Below, piece by piece: positions 1 through 46,647 of a stretch of DNA of 64,000 nucleotides. A program made the translations under genes and the position numbers. The stretch's first letter is position 1. Each line of letters begins with the position of its first letter. Source of the stretch: Okamejei kenojei (taxonomy: Eukaryota); NCBI GenBank assembly GCA_035221665.1, contig CM069165.1:23312001-23376000 (forward strand), given 5' to 3'. Under the pieces are notes generated by a model. That model was given only the letters and a program-made list of their open reading frames with translations, did no database searches and was not told where the DNA came from.

Positions 1-1690
1 AGCATTAGAGATTACACAGCAAAACCTGTTAGGATCGATCCATTTAAATGTAATGATCTAATGTGACCGTGAGCAGCTCTTGTGCCTCATAGTTTCCTCT
101 GGTATTTTATATAAACCTACCTGTTTAGAAATCCAGAGTACAGGTTTGCAAACTGGTATTCATAGCTGGTATGGGGGTGCATGCGGTGAGGAGGCAGGAT
201 CGGGTAGCGGTGATGAGGTTTCTTGGTGTAGTTCATCTATAGATCGCCTGTGAGTCAGTCGTGTAGTGCCGGTAAATTCTAACTATAGCAATATGTAAGA
301 AATACCAGGAACTTCAGAACAAGGCTACGTACATCAGTACTAATTAACAGCAAGTGACGAGCATAATTACGCCATTGTTGTATCTCCCATGAGGTGCGTC
401 TGTACTTACACACACACACATATACCATAGTGGATGTTGAGAAGATCAGTTTTACGTACGTCTGAGATTGGGTATTCTGTTGCTATGATCACAGCTTCAC
501 AAGTAATTTTTCTGTTGTTAAAGTTATGGTCCTAGAGCATAAAGCACACATATTGGCTCAAGTCCATGCCAGACATTAAGCATCATTTACACTGAACTCA
601 TTTTAATTGTAGACCGACACAAAAAGCTGGAGTAACTCAGCGGGACAGGCAGCATCTCTGGAGAGAAGGACATTTTAATTGTCTCTACTTTCCCATCCTC
701 TCTTCTCAGGTTCTATTAACTACACACTAAGCAATCTACAGTGGCCAATTAACCTATTAGCTGGCACATTTTTTGGATATAAAAGGAATCTAGAACACTG
801 TCACAGGGAGAACATGCAAACTCCACACAGACAGCACCCCAGGATCAGTATTGAATCCAGCTCACTGGAGCTGTCTGGTTCTGGTTGTGCTGTACCACTG
901 TTTCACCAACTTATAAACAATTGATGTAGGTCGCTGTTTATTAATAAAGATTAGCACCACATAGTCCAGAGGAGGTGGTAGAAGTGGGTATTCCTAACCA
1001 GTCTGAAGAAGGGTCTCGACCCAAAACGTCACGCATTCCTTCTCTCCAGAGATGGTGCCTGTCCCGCTGAGTTACTCCAGCTTTTTGTGCCGATCTTCGG
1101 TACAGTTATAATGTTTGAATGACATTTGGACAGGTTCATGGATAGAAACGGTTTAGAGGGATATGAGCCAAATGCAGGCAAATAGGATGTGCACTGACAA
1201 GAATCTTGGTCAGCGTAGTTGCAATGGACCAAAGGGCCTGATTTCACGCTGCATAACTCTGCAGCTATGAGACAGTGTACAACATGTATAACATGGAGAG
1301 GAAGGTTTAACTCACCAAAGTCTCCAATCTTAACTTGGTGACCACTCTTACTGAAGACAGTTTATTTATGAAGAGTACATTAAACACATTTGAGTGCAAG
1401 AACTAACAACGTGACTTTAATTGTAGGTAGATTGAGCCTGGAGGGAGTATGTATATACATTGTGGATCGGGTTTACCCTTTCAAAGTGACCTCTGGGTCC
1501 AGTGGCTTTGGCTTCTCAAATTTCAAAGTGAGGTCTGCCCAATCTTCAGTTTCAATCAGCTTTCAATTTCCAATCGATATAAATTGGTCCCAGTGGACAC
1601 GGCTCCAGATGTCAATGCCTACCTTGCCTGGGACACCCTCTAGTGTTCATCCTGAACATTATTCCATCCTTCTGCATGTGGCTCTGTGTT

Positions 1691-1990
1691 AGTTGTTTAG
1701 TTTAGAGATACAGCACGGAAACGGACCCTTCAGAACCACCGAGTCCGCACGAACCAGTGATCCCCATATATTAACACTATCCTACACACACTCTGGACAA
1801 TTTACATTTCTACAAAGCCAATCAACCTACAAAACCTATATGTCATAGTGTGGGAGTAAACTGAAGATCTCGCAGAAAACCCATGTGGTCACGGGGAGAA
1901 CATACAAGCTCCATACAGCCAGCACCTGTAGTCGGGATTGAACTTGGGTCTCTGGCACTGAAAGCGCTGTAAGGCAGCAACTCTACCACC
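1691..1990 (-). mobile_element. HE1-like V-SINE
   Basis: Reverse-complement match to 7070-7380. Confidence 0.8.
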
Positions 1991-2467
1991 TGATCTGCGG
2001 TAATTTCCCTCTGGGTTGGTGCTTCTGCCCCATGTCCGTGCACATTTTCGGACATACCCGCTGGCAAGAGATAGGGCAGCATCTGACTCCCCGGATGCCA
2101 ACTACCCCTCTATTGTAATGGTAACGAGCACTGTCAGTCTCCACAAGCTTCTCCGCTGAGGATGTGCCAGGTTAAACCTGTTGAAAGCCATTGACGTCAG
2201 TCGGAAAAAAACACTGTCAAGAGAAAGTTAGTGGAACTGGAGACAATTGACTGTTATTTAATGAAGACAATCCTTGCCCTTCCCCTGCCCTGCCCCCACC
2301 CCGATGTGCGCACATTTCTCCCTCCATCTCACACCACCCCTGTCACCCTGCTCCTTTCCCCTCTTTTGTACACACATCAACCATCCCTGAGATCCATATT
2401 CCCTTTTCCCTACATTACCCCTCTCCACCTGTCCTGTTCCACCCATCCCCCCCCTCCAGTATACCAG

Positions 2468-2499
<32 letters not shown>

Positions 2500-3610
2500 C
2501 TTCACATTTCACTTTCCTTTTTCCTCTATCCTTATCTGACATCCGTTCATATTTTCACCTCTGACCTTTATCACTTACTCCACCCATGTGCCAATCAACC
2601 CCACCCCACCCCTCCACACACACGCACACACACTCCTGTATCCACCTATCACTTGCCAGGCTTTGCCCTGCCCCCCACTTTTCCAATTTTCTCCCCCATA
2701 CTCCAATCAGTCTGAAGAAGACCCCAAAGATGAAATGTTGTCAATTCATTCCCTCCACAGATGCTGCCTGACCCGCTGAGCTCAGGCACACAGGAGAAGT
2801 ATTCTATGCGCTTTGTTCAAGATTCCAGTATTTGCAGATCCTTGTGTCTCGATACCTCTGTTTTATAAGTATGCGCGTCTATTGTTTTATTATTCTGTGT
2901 TCAAAATTATTAATACCATTAAGAATTTTTATATTTTTCCACAATATTTGTAACTTTGCAAACTTTGCAGTAAATGAAAATCAAAAGAAGCTACTAGAAT
3001 TCTGAAATGAGAGCAGAAAATGTTGGGAACACATATCGCATATCGCAGCATCCGTGGAAAGTGGAATAGTTAAAGTTTCAGGTCTGGGACCCTCCTTCAG
3101 GGTTGGGATTGGCAGCTGTGAGGTGCATGGCCATTGAAGTCCTAAAGCAGACTTGACTTCTCTTGTATTGAGTGTTTCTGCTCTTCAGGGGCAGATGATA
3201 TTACAACTTCTGACTGGGTTGCCCTAGCAGGCTGAAACAACGATATTCCGATAGAATAGAAGGAAGCATTTTACCGGAAATGAAGCTGTTTTATTAATGT
3301 AATCATATCCACACACTGCACAAAAATCCTTGCACATTGGTTAACCGGCTTGGCTAATGCCATTAAAAGGGCAATATTGATTTATTCTATTAATAATCTT
3401 CTATCGATGATCCTGGATAGATTTCACCAATTAAAGGAGTATTGTCTTCCCTTAAATATCATTGGGCAGGATGAGCTTTCAACTCAGCATTGATGAGGCG
3501 CTAATGATAGTAACGATGTCTAAGAGAGACACCATTGTTCAGAAATTTAGCATGCTTATTTGATTCTTATGTGAGTAGCATTACCCTGCTTATTTCACAA
3601 GAAGATTGTA

Positions 3611-3829
3611 AGGGCCCGTCCCACTTGGCGATTTTTTTTGGCAACTGCGGGCATCATTGACCGAAAAATCTGTGGCGTGATGCGGCACGCTGACGTATGA
3701 CGCGCGGTGTTTTTTCAAGTGTCGCAACTTTTTTTGTCGCCGCTGGATTTTTGAAATGTTCAAAATCTTTTGGCGACACTGATATGACGCCGGTAGTCGC
3801 CGAAATAATCGGCAAGTGGGACAGGCCCT
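3611..3829. mobile_element. PIF/Harbinger MITE
   Basis: TIRs AGGGCCCGTCCCACTTG / CAAGTGGGACAGGCCCT. Confidence 0.78.
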
Positions 3830-4687
3830 TCAGGCCTTGGCTTGCAGAACTAGGGGATGGAAATCACAGATGGGCAAGTCTCCATTGAGAAGGAAGACGT
3901 TACGAAGATTGACACAAGATGCTGGAGTAACTCAGCGGGTCAGGCAACATCTCTGGAGAAAAGGGAGAGGTGAAGTTTCGGGTCGAGACACTTCATCAGA
4001 GTGAGTCAGACTTTATCCATTTACATTACACGTTAACTATCTAAGGATATCCCAAAGAAGTTTAGAATTTAGTCATTCTTGGGGATGGTCACAGCTAAGC
4101 AACAACCAAACTACGCAGCAATCTCCCACACACAGATAATGTCCAGACAATCTATTTTAAAGATATTGGTTGGATAAGTGATTTGGAATTACACACAAAA
4201 AGCTGGAGTAACTCAACGGGTCAGGCAGCATCTCTGGGGAGAAGGAATGGGTGACATTTCGTGTTGAGACCCTTCTTCAGACTTGGAGTACTGCCTTTTT
4301 GGGTATCTGGACAATAAATATCCATGGTCATTAATTCTGAATTTGAAAGAGACATTTTCTTGAAATTGGAGCTCCATCATTAGAATCAGAAATGATAAGG
4401 AATGGTAATGGTTGACATTTTTACTCCAAAGATGTTCGATGGGGTCGCAGTTATGGCCGATAGAGATTTGCCATTGAGTTAGACAGGCACTCTTCTCTAG
4501 CCTGTAGTCAATTGTAAATAATCTGTTAATCTGTTCTGGTTTGCGATGGCTTTGATACTGTTTATAATCGGTCCTACTATCAATGTGTAAATATTGTCCA
4601 TCTGTTTAGCAACCTGACTTTATAATCACTCTATCATTGGCAGTCATGCTTTCAGCTACCAAAGCACTAAAGTCTGGAATTCACTCT

Positions 4688-4991
4688 TTAGACTTTAGTG
4701 ATCCGGTGCAGAAACAGGCCCATCGCCCCACCGAGTCCAGGCCAACCATAGATCACCCTGTACACTAGCACTATCCTACACACTAGGGACTATTTACAAT
4801 TGTAACAAAGCCAATTAACCTAAAAACCTTTGTCTTTAGAGTGTGGGAGGAAACCATAACACCTGGAGAAAACTGGCGCGGTCAAGGGGAAAAGGTACAA
4901 ACTCCGTACAGACAGCACCCATAGTCAGGATCGAGCCCGAGTCTCTGATCCTGTAAGGCAGCAACTCTCCTGCTGCGCTACTGTGCCGCCC
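4688..4991 (-). mobile_element. HE1-like V-SINE
   Basis: Reverse-complement match to 7070-7380, including the GGGCGGCAC head. Confidence 0.8.
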
Positions 4992-6311
4992 TTCAGTCAG
5001 ACTCTCCGGTATGAGATGTTACTGCAGCAGTCCAGTTAAATGTAAACCCACTGCGAGCAGGGTTAGATTGGGATATTGGTCTGACAATGCTCTTCTTCAA
5101 ACCTTGATATCTCACCCCTCCATAGTTTTGTCCCTAATTTCCTCATCCAGTTGCGATTCTTTTGTTAATAGTTTCTTTCTCCCTCGCTTTCCACGATTAA
5201 CTCCCTCAAAAAACACATCAACTCTTGCCCGCTTGATTAGTTCCTATGGAACAAATTCTACCTTCGAACCAGGGCTGGCGAGGCTTTCCGAGATCCCGTC
5301 TTTTTCCACTGTCGCAGAAAGTCAAGTAGATCGGGGGATGGCTGAGGTGAAACATCAACTCATTCCAGCTTGAACATCCCAAAAACAAAAACTTGAAAAA
5401 GACAACAAGAAATGTTTTTATGGCCATTCATTCTACTGCCAAAGAATTATTGCTTAATAATGTTTATTCTAGCACCGAAAGAGACAATTCAGCCCATCGG
5501 GTGCATACTAGGTCCCAGCAGAGCAATTGGTCTTATTCCCCGGCCATTGTAGCCTTATCACGTGCTTCTGACGCTATTTAGACACACAAAGGGGCAAATT
5601 ACAATGGCCCACCCTTCCTTGAGGTGTGGAAGAATTGGATGTATTGGGGAAGCCAATGTTACCACAGGGAGAGGATGCAAACTCCACATAGACAGCATCT
5701 GAGGTCAGAATGAGACCTGGTTCTTGGAGTTGTGAAGCAGCAACCACCGAGGCTTGTGTGGACTGTACTTACCGTCAAAGTAGATATCTAGGATCTTTTA
5801 TGCCCCAACAAGGAGGGCAGGCAAAGCCTCAGTTTGCAGCTCTGGAATATGTCTCTCAGACCGGACTGCACTCTCGCATGTTAATAGTGTCTTATGCTGG
5901 CCATTTGTGTTCAAGTTCCTGCCATTTGAATTTTCAACATTCTGATTTCAAAGATCAGCATGGAATAATTGGGCCAATGGTGCTGTTATAGTACTGTACA
6001 ACTCTATGACACTTATGACTTCCGTTTGCACGGATAATATTCTAATATTGAATGTAAGATTAGACAGAAAGTCGCTTATTATTAAAACAGTAAGGAAGGA
6101 CAGGGAAAGTTGGGTTCAAACACATTTAGCAGAATTTGAAACTTTTGAGATTTTGAGTTTGACATTTTATTTGGTAATTTTTCACTGTCAAAGTAGAAAT
6201 TTGCATCTGTCTTTGTCTCTTCATTCTCCTCTCCTCTCTTTCTAATTTTATTTGTTCTTTTCGCCGTTGCTCTTTGCTGTCCCCTTCTCACACATTTGTT
6301 CTTCCATCCAG

Positions 6312-39034
<32,723 letters not shown>

Positions 39035-40374
39035 AAAGCCCACGACAAGCCAATTGCTACGTGTGCACATTCATACCTTATTCCCTCAGCACACACACAC
39101 AGACACATACTCCCTCCTCCGCAAGCTTTAAACTGGGCGAAATGGATGAATTCCTAACTGCTTGCTCCCAACATGGTGTGAGGAATGGGTGACCTCTGAA
39201 CCCTCACAACTTGACCTAATGCTTCAACGAGGCCTCCTTGATCCAGCCTCATCCCATTTCCCTAATGTGATTTCTACCACCGTGCCTGAAATGATCTGGT
39301 GTTTGTTTAATTATCTGAGGAACTGAGGAAAGGAAGAGACACTGGGGGTTGGATTGAGAGCCAGGAGGGCCTAGCAGTGGAGGAAGGAAATGCTGGAGCC
39401 ATAATGATTGGAAAGATAGGTGAAATAATATACGTAGCTTTAATGGTGACAGCAATTTATGTGCCAATTCCAATTTTCTGTGGCTAAAGGAATTAGATAT
39501 TTAGAATTATTTACCCTTGCGCTTTGAAGTAAACCAAAACACAATGGCTTTGCAGCTGCCTCACAGATATTGACTATTACTTACACCACCAGTCTAGGTT
39601 TCAATCTCAGTGGCTGGATTATTTGAGCAGTAATGGCTGCTTCTGGCTGTAAATCAGTTCTCTTGACATGCACACATTCTACATCCCACCATTTTTCCCT
39701 ATTATTCAGCATGTATCCTGGAAGTCCTGAGTTGTGGGAATAGCAAAGCACAGTGTAAGAACAAGAGTAGGCCAAGCAGCCTTCAGGCTCACAGTGGCAT
39801 TCTGATAGATCAAGGCCACCCTGTCTGACCAGACCACATACCCATCTTAGTTTCTGAACTCCTGGCACTCTCACTGAATCTATTAATCTTCACTTCAAAA
39901 GTTTCAATTGTTTCATAACCAACAAAGAGAGATTCAGGTTTCTGACCAGTTATGGATTACAAATATCAGTGTTCCCCGGATTCCAGAACAAAGGAGAATC
40001 TAGATGACAAATTAGCCTATTAACAGATATTGGTTGTTGAAAATTAGAGCAACATGGTGCTGGGACAATAGAATCAACAGCAGGATAATTGGACCTAGGC
40101 CCCGGGTACAGTCATCTTGGTGGCCAGCTGATTTTTGACTGAAAGGAAAGTTTTGACTGAACTTGGATAGTATTAAGGGAATCACCTTGGGGATGGCACT
40201 AGCTGTTACACAGGACCACAAGTATTTGTAGTCATGGCTGACTCTCATGGTGTGAGGTTTGCGGGAAGCCATTGCTGCTGCTTCTCTGACTAAGGCTGGG
40301 GTGAGTCAGTGATGAAGGACAGAAGTATTCACAGCCTGACGTTGTGCGAAATTATAACACACACTGATCAACTT

Positions 40375-41330
40375 AACAGCAACTTGCATTTATATTGTAA
40401 CTTGCATATAGCTAAGCACATTTTAAAGTTGTGTTATTAAACAAATTTTAAGATATTAATGCTATGTCTAAAACTTTAGTGGGGCTTAAGAATTATCTTA
40501 AAGGAAGAAAGATGGAGAGAGAAGTGGAAAGGTAATAAGGCCCAGCTACAGTTGCCAATGGTCCAGCAATTACATTTAGGGTTTGGTTAAAAGTCTAAAA
40601 CTGGAGGGACATGAACATTCCTGAAGACTAGAGGAAATGAGCAACATGGGGAGCGTACCACTATGGGGCCATTTGATGATAGCAATAGGTTAAGGTTAAG
40701 ATTTTGCCTAAGCAGGAGCCAGTATACAAGCACAAGGGTGAGGGGTGAACAAGACTTGGTGTGGGCTGCAAGACAAACTGTCGTATTTGGATGGTCTCAG
40801 TTTTTCTGAGCCACAGATGCCACCCTAGAGCAGATAGGTCTAGAAGTAAGAAAGGCAGATAAGGGTCTCAGCAACAGCAGCTGAGTTGAGGTAGGGGAAT
40901 ATTTGGGTGATGTTATGCAGATATGATGGCAGGAAGAAACGACCAGTACTCCTTTCTGAGGTCAAATACAATGCCAAGGTTGCAAACAGTCTGCTTAGGT
41001 TCTTATTGTTGCCAGGGTAAGGATGAAGTCACTGGCCTTGACAATGATGCATAGCCAGGGACTGAAGGAGCTAGCTTTAGTCCTTCTGATATTTGGTATA
41101 AAAAATATCTGGAGTCAGACAACGATCTTACAATTTAGAGAGAGTGGAGAAAAAGGCACTGGTGAGGTTAAGCTGGGTATTGTCAGAACACATGTGGAAA
41201 CTGACACAGGGTTTTGTGGTAAGATATAGACAAGAAATAGAAGGACAAGGACGTGATCTTTGGGATACACCAGATGTGACGGCATTGGTGCAGGAAGAAA
41301 AAACATTGATACTGATTCTTGGCGAGAACT
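40375..41330 (-). mobile_element. L2-type LINE fossil
   Basis: VTSGVSQRS...VSFHMCSDNTQL resembles L2 TSGVPQGS...SFHMYADDTQL; 3' end atataaatgcaagttgctgtt. Confidence 0.65.
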
Positions 41331-42721
41331 GGAAAAATGAATTTAAACAGGGTTGATTCGGCAAACAACACAATGCTAAACAAACACTGCAAAACTGAAA
41401 TCCAGATAATGACAATGATCTTTTTGTACTTGGCCACACTCTGAATTGAAGCAGCCATGTTAGAAAGCCCAAGAATCAGCAAGTGTATGAGCTGATGCTG
41501 TAGCCTTAGTATTTCGCACTCTGCTGGAGCTGGGATGAGGCACCCCATTTCTCCATCCCACCTGATCTACAGGAAGCACCCCACTGACACAGAAATGAGT
41601 TGTGTTGTTCGAGATGAGTGTATGTTGGTTCTGCCTAAGCTCCCAAAGAATGAGGGTGAGGTTGTCCTTTTGTGACTAAAGGTTGTGTGTGTATCAATAT
41701 GTCACAGCACCTAGAGATGGTGCAGTAAACTTTTTATAAAGCTGCTTTGAATGATTTGAGTGGAGAAAGGAAGGCCAATAACATAGGATTTGTGACCTTA
41801 GATGCATTGTATATATCCTTACCAGGGTTGCTAAGTTTTTTTTTTAAGCTGTAATGCGAAAGGGGGGAAAATGTAGATTTTATTCACTTCCCTTTCAAAC
41901 AGCCAATTGTTCTCCACCTGTTCCACAATGTTAGTGTTGGCCCCAACACCACACTGCCATCTGCTGGGAGGCGCTAAATGACACCAATGCTGACAACATT
42001 GAGTTAATAGCCTCAGAAATGGAGCATATAATGTTAGTGTATTACACTGTGAATACTTACCACAGTCAAGGGCATGGGGCTTTAATGCAGATAATGACTT
42101 ACGCTATCTGTTTCAGTTTAGTACCTCTCTTGAAACAACAACACAACTAATTTGAGCTAACTATAATTATTAATAGAAATAGTGGAAGAGGCTTAGGAGT
42201 GGTGATTCAGAAAATATCTTGATTATTGTGACAAATTGTTTAAGTGATGTTTGGGAAAGTTAATGCTATCCAATGTGTAACGAATGTTTACGGATAGTCA
42301 CCAGAAATTGAGATGATTCTTTGTGAATCAGGAAACCATTTTGGATCCCTGTCCCAATAGTCGTCAGTTTCCAAACAATAAAAAATATATTGAAAGAGGG
42401 AATTCTCAATAATCTAAATGTCTTCTTTACTCCTAGTCCCAAACCCCTTAGGATAGGATGACCCCATAATCATATTTTTCCTTCCTTCTTCTGACAAAAA
42501 AAATTGGTTTGTCGAGAAACCTCATCACTGCCAGACATCCATTACGTTTGACTGTAGCAATAGTGCAGTTATAACCACTGCACAAAAATGATTCAACTCT
42601 CGCCTCCATCTAAAATATCAAATGATGCAAAGTGAGTTTGAATTTTTAAAACGAATGTGCACCAATTGATCGCTGGACCCCTTGGCTCAGCTACCTTCTC
42701 ACCAATATGTTGTTGAAATCT

Positions 42722-43285
42722 TTCATAGAACATACAATAGTACAACACAGGATGCCCACACTGTCTGTGTAGAACATGATGCCAAGACCAGCTCTTAGCT
42801 GCCTGCACATAACCTATATTGCTGCATCCCCTGCATACCTACGTGCCTATCCAAAGTCTCTTCAATGCCATTATCATATCTGCGTCCACCATCACCCTCG
42901 GCAGCACATTCAAGGCACTCGCCACCCTTTATGTCAAAATATTTGTCACATCTCACTTTCTCCTCTCATCTTAAAGCTATGCCCTCCAGTATTTGATATT
43001 TCCATCCTAGAAAAAAGGTACCTCATCTGTGCCTCTGATAATTTTATATACCTCTCTCAGGTCTCCCCACAGCCTCTGGGGTTCCAGAGAAAACAATTCA
43101 AGTCTTTCCAACCTCTCCCTCTGGCTAATATCCCTAATCCAAGTATAATTCTGGTAAACCCCTGCATCCTTTTCCAAGCCTCCACATCGGGGCGACGAGA
43201 ACTGTGCACAATACTCCAAATACGGCCTAACCAAAGTCCTATAAAGCTGCATCATGACTTCCTGACTCCTATACTCAATCCCTAG
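42722..43285 (-). mobile_element. CR1 LINE 3' fragment
   Basis: GIEYRSQEVMMQLYRTLVRPYLEYCAQF...LELFSLE..RLWGDLREVYKII. Confidence 0.85.
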
Positions 43286-44079
43286 ACCAAAGTGAGATGA
43301 CCGCAGTTGGAAACAATTTTGGTCCAAGCAATGTTTTACAACAGTGTGGAGCTTTGCAGGATGGAACACAGATCAGAGATAGGGTTGTAGTACAAAGGAG
43401 TTGAATCTGTCACGAGGGAAAACCGCCCAGCATGGCTGCTTGCTTAGGAAACATCTTCATAAAATTAGCCTTTATATGTATATGACACACTTCAAGTGCC
43501 TTTGCATGAATGTGCATGTGCATATACATGTCAATAGGGTAGAAATGGTAGGGAAAGCTTACTATTAGTTAGGCGGTGGATATGTACTGCACCTAGCCCA
43601 ATCTTTTTTCCCCATTAAAGGTGTGTAATTGGGCCATTGTCCACTGTGTCCTAGGTTACATCCCCCCTCAACCAATGCCACCGAAAGATTGGCTTGTTAT
43701 GGCAGTGTGTGGATCTTTGCTGACAGATCTTGCCTATTGTTCTGTCACTGTGACTTAGACCCATGGTGCGCACATTTCCTTTGCCTTGGTATTCGCAGCA
43801 CAATTCAGGAGCAAATCTATCTTCTTGGCCTTGCCTGTTCTCTTTTTAGCATTGTGTTTCCTAGTTGTTAATTCACACCAAAAGAATTTGGAAATATATT
43901 TTTAAAATATAAAAAGTATCTTAAATAATGTCATACAATTCTGTTAATTAGAACTAATTTATTAATTTTGAGGATTACTATTTAAACTGAATATTTCAGT
44001 ATTTTTTCAACCATAATGATATTTGTTTCTGCATTTGTTGTGTAGATTTAGTGGGCATAATATTGATAATCTGTTATGC

Positions 44080-44125
44080 AATAAATAATGTATCATGGAT
44101 GTAAATCTTTTTTGCATAAAATAAA
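44080..44125 (+). other. Candidate distal polyadenylation signals of the RET51 3' UTR
   Basis: Two AATAAA (44080, 44120) at the end of an AT-rich non-repeat block, followed by a T/GT-rich stretch. Confidence 0.3.
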
Positions 44126-44749
44126 TAGATTACTCTCTCAGCTATGTTCCTATTGATTCAATTTGTTTTGAAACTGCTTTTGAAGCAGGAATTATTTTCA
44201 GTTTTGGTTGTGGACTGGCCGGTCCAACATGTGTGTCCTGAAGGAAAATGACAAGTGAACCAGTGGCACAGCTATTCGAACTGATGCCTCGCAGTGCCAC
44301 AGGTTCAATCCTGACCTTGGGTGCTGTCTGTGTGGAATTTACATATTCTCCGGGTGAGTTTCCACCCACATCACAAGACGTGCGGGTCAGTGGGTTAATT
44401 GGCCACTGTAAATTGTCTGTAGTGTGTAGGCGAGTGGTAGAATCTGTGGAGAGTTGATGAGAATGCGGGGAGAATAAAAATGGGGGTCATGTAGGATCAG
44501 TGTAAAAGATAAACACATGATGGTGACGTTTCAGGTCGATACACTTCTTCAGACTGGAAGGGTCTCAACTCAAAATGTCACCTATTCCTTTTCTCCAGAG
44601 ATCCTGCCTGACTCGCTGAGTTACTCCAGCTTTTTGTGTCTATCTTTGGTGTAAACCAGCATCTGCAATTCCTACATATCTTTGTAAAGGATGCTTGATG
44701 ATCAATATGATCGCCATATGCTGAAGGCACTGTTTCTGTACTGTAAATT

Positions 44750-45540
44750 TAGTCAAAGTCAAGTCAAAAGAGTTTATTGTCATGTGTCCCTGACAGGACA
44801 ATGAAATTCTTTCTTTGCATAGCACAACAGAACATAGTAGGCATTGACTACAATTATATACGTAAATACACACATTAATTAATAAATTAATAAAGTGCAA
44901 ATAACAGATGGAGGGGTATTAATGTTCAGAGTTTTGTCCGAGCCAGGTTTAACAGCCTGATGGCTGTGGGGAAGTAGCTATTCCTGAATCGGGTCGTTGC
45001 AGTTCTCAGGCTCCTGTACCTTCTACCTGAAAAGGTAGCTGTGGGTCCTTGATGATGCTGCCAGCCTTTTTGAGGCAGCGACTGTGGTAGATCCCTCGAT
45101 GGAAGGAAGGTCAGACGATGATGGATGGGCAGTGTTTACTACTTTTTGTAGTCTTTTCCTCTCCAGGGCACTCAAGTTGCCGAACCAAGCCACGATGTCA
45201 ACAAGCTCTCTACTGTGCACCTGTAGAAGTTAGAGCGAGTCCTCCTCGACAGACCGACTCTCCATAATCTTCTCTAGAGGCGCTGATGAGCTTTCTTAAT
45301 AATTGCATCTGTGTTCTCGGACCAGGAAAGATCTTCACAGATGTGCACACCCAGGAATTTGAAGCGCTTGACCCTTTCAACCATCGACCCATTGATATAA
45401 ACAGGACTGTGGGTCCCCATCCTACTCCTTCCAAAGTCCACAATCAGTTCCTTGGTTTTGCTGGTGTTGAGGGCCAGGTTATTGTGCTGGCACCATATGG
45501 ACAGTCGCTCGATCTCTCTTCTGTACTCCGACTCATCTTA
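44750..45540 (-). mobile_element. Rex1/Babar-like LINE 3' fragment
   Basis: Degenerate RT C-terminus (AWFGNLSALERKRLQKVVNTA); aataaac plus (TTTGAC)n-like tail. Confidence 0.7.
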
Positions 45541-46647
45541 CTCTAGACAACTGCCTCCTCTCTATTCTGTGGTTCTGCAGTGCTATTCACATTTGCTGGG
45601 TGTTCCAAAATAGGTGGGCACTTGGCATGGATACCTGTTCTTCTCCAAAGTAGTTATTCAAGATATTTTATACTCAAGCATATGCCAGACAGTGGTTTAA
45701 TGTGCCAGGGAATGCAAAGGAGTAATGTAAATAGGACGGATAGGTAGAAGGCAGCTGATCTACCTGCAGCACAACAGCTCTAGTGCAAGTTGAAAGTATA
45801 GCCTAGTGAATGTGTTCAACATTCTCTTGGAACCTCACTACCACAGCTGTGAAAGAAGAAACATCTCTACCCAAAGGTTAATGAGATTGTTGAATTCTCT
45901 GTCACGAGTGGCAAATATAAGGTGAGAAAAACACATTTGACAAATAAGTGTAAAGTGAATTATACTGATAAATTAAGATGAAGAGGATCAGTAAGAGACT
46001 GGAGTGTAGCATAAATATTGGCATAGAGCATTTGGGCCAAATTGCTTAATTATGTATGGTAGATCCAATAGAGTCTTATGTAGATAGAGGTAGAGAAAGA
46101 CTTTGGTATAGCCACAAGGTGGCAGACTGTGCACAGCTGAGTCATTGCTCATGCAGTCTCGGTTGGGGCCCTCCCTGCGTTGCAAACAGCAAAGCGAAAT
46201 GGACAAAGCTTTTAAACCGCTTGTTAAAGTAAGCTGCTGTACATCACAAATCTAATTAATCTACTGTTTTATATCTCATATGAGGAGTACCATATCAAAA
46301 TTACTAGGTCTCCACAGACCCTAGACTGAATTTTGGCTGAAGTCAGGCTTGTTGACTGCGGTCTGTGTGAGTGGCAATTGGAAACTTAGCTCCCCAGGAG
46401 AGTTATCAAGTGCAACTTTGAAGTAAAAAGGGAAATGGTCTCAGGATTAACCCCAAATTCCCTACGTTATTGGAGACACAACATTATATTCAAAGAGGTC
46501 CCAGGAAGTTGACAACCTTTCAGGATTGCCTCTAAATTCTAAAGGTAACTTCCAGAAGACTACAGCAAACAAGCAGAAAAAATACAGATGTGGTGAGATT
46601 TAAATGTAATTCTGTTTTATTCAATCAATGCTTTCAACCTTTCAAAT

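Noticed and set aside
2231-2779. Proline- and glycine-rich ORFs
   Set aside because: They arise from poly-C and pyrimidine tracts of a Penelope-type 3' region.
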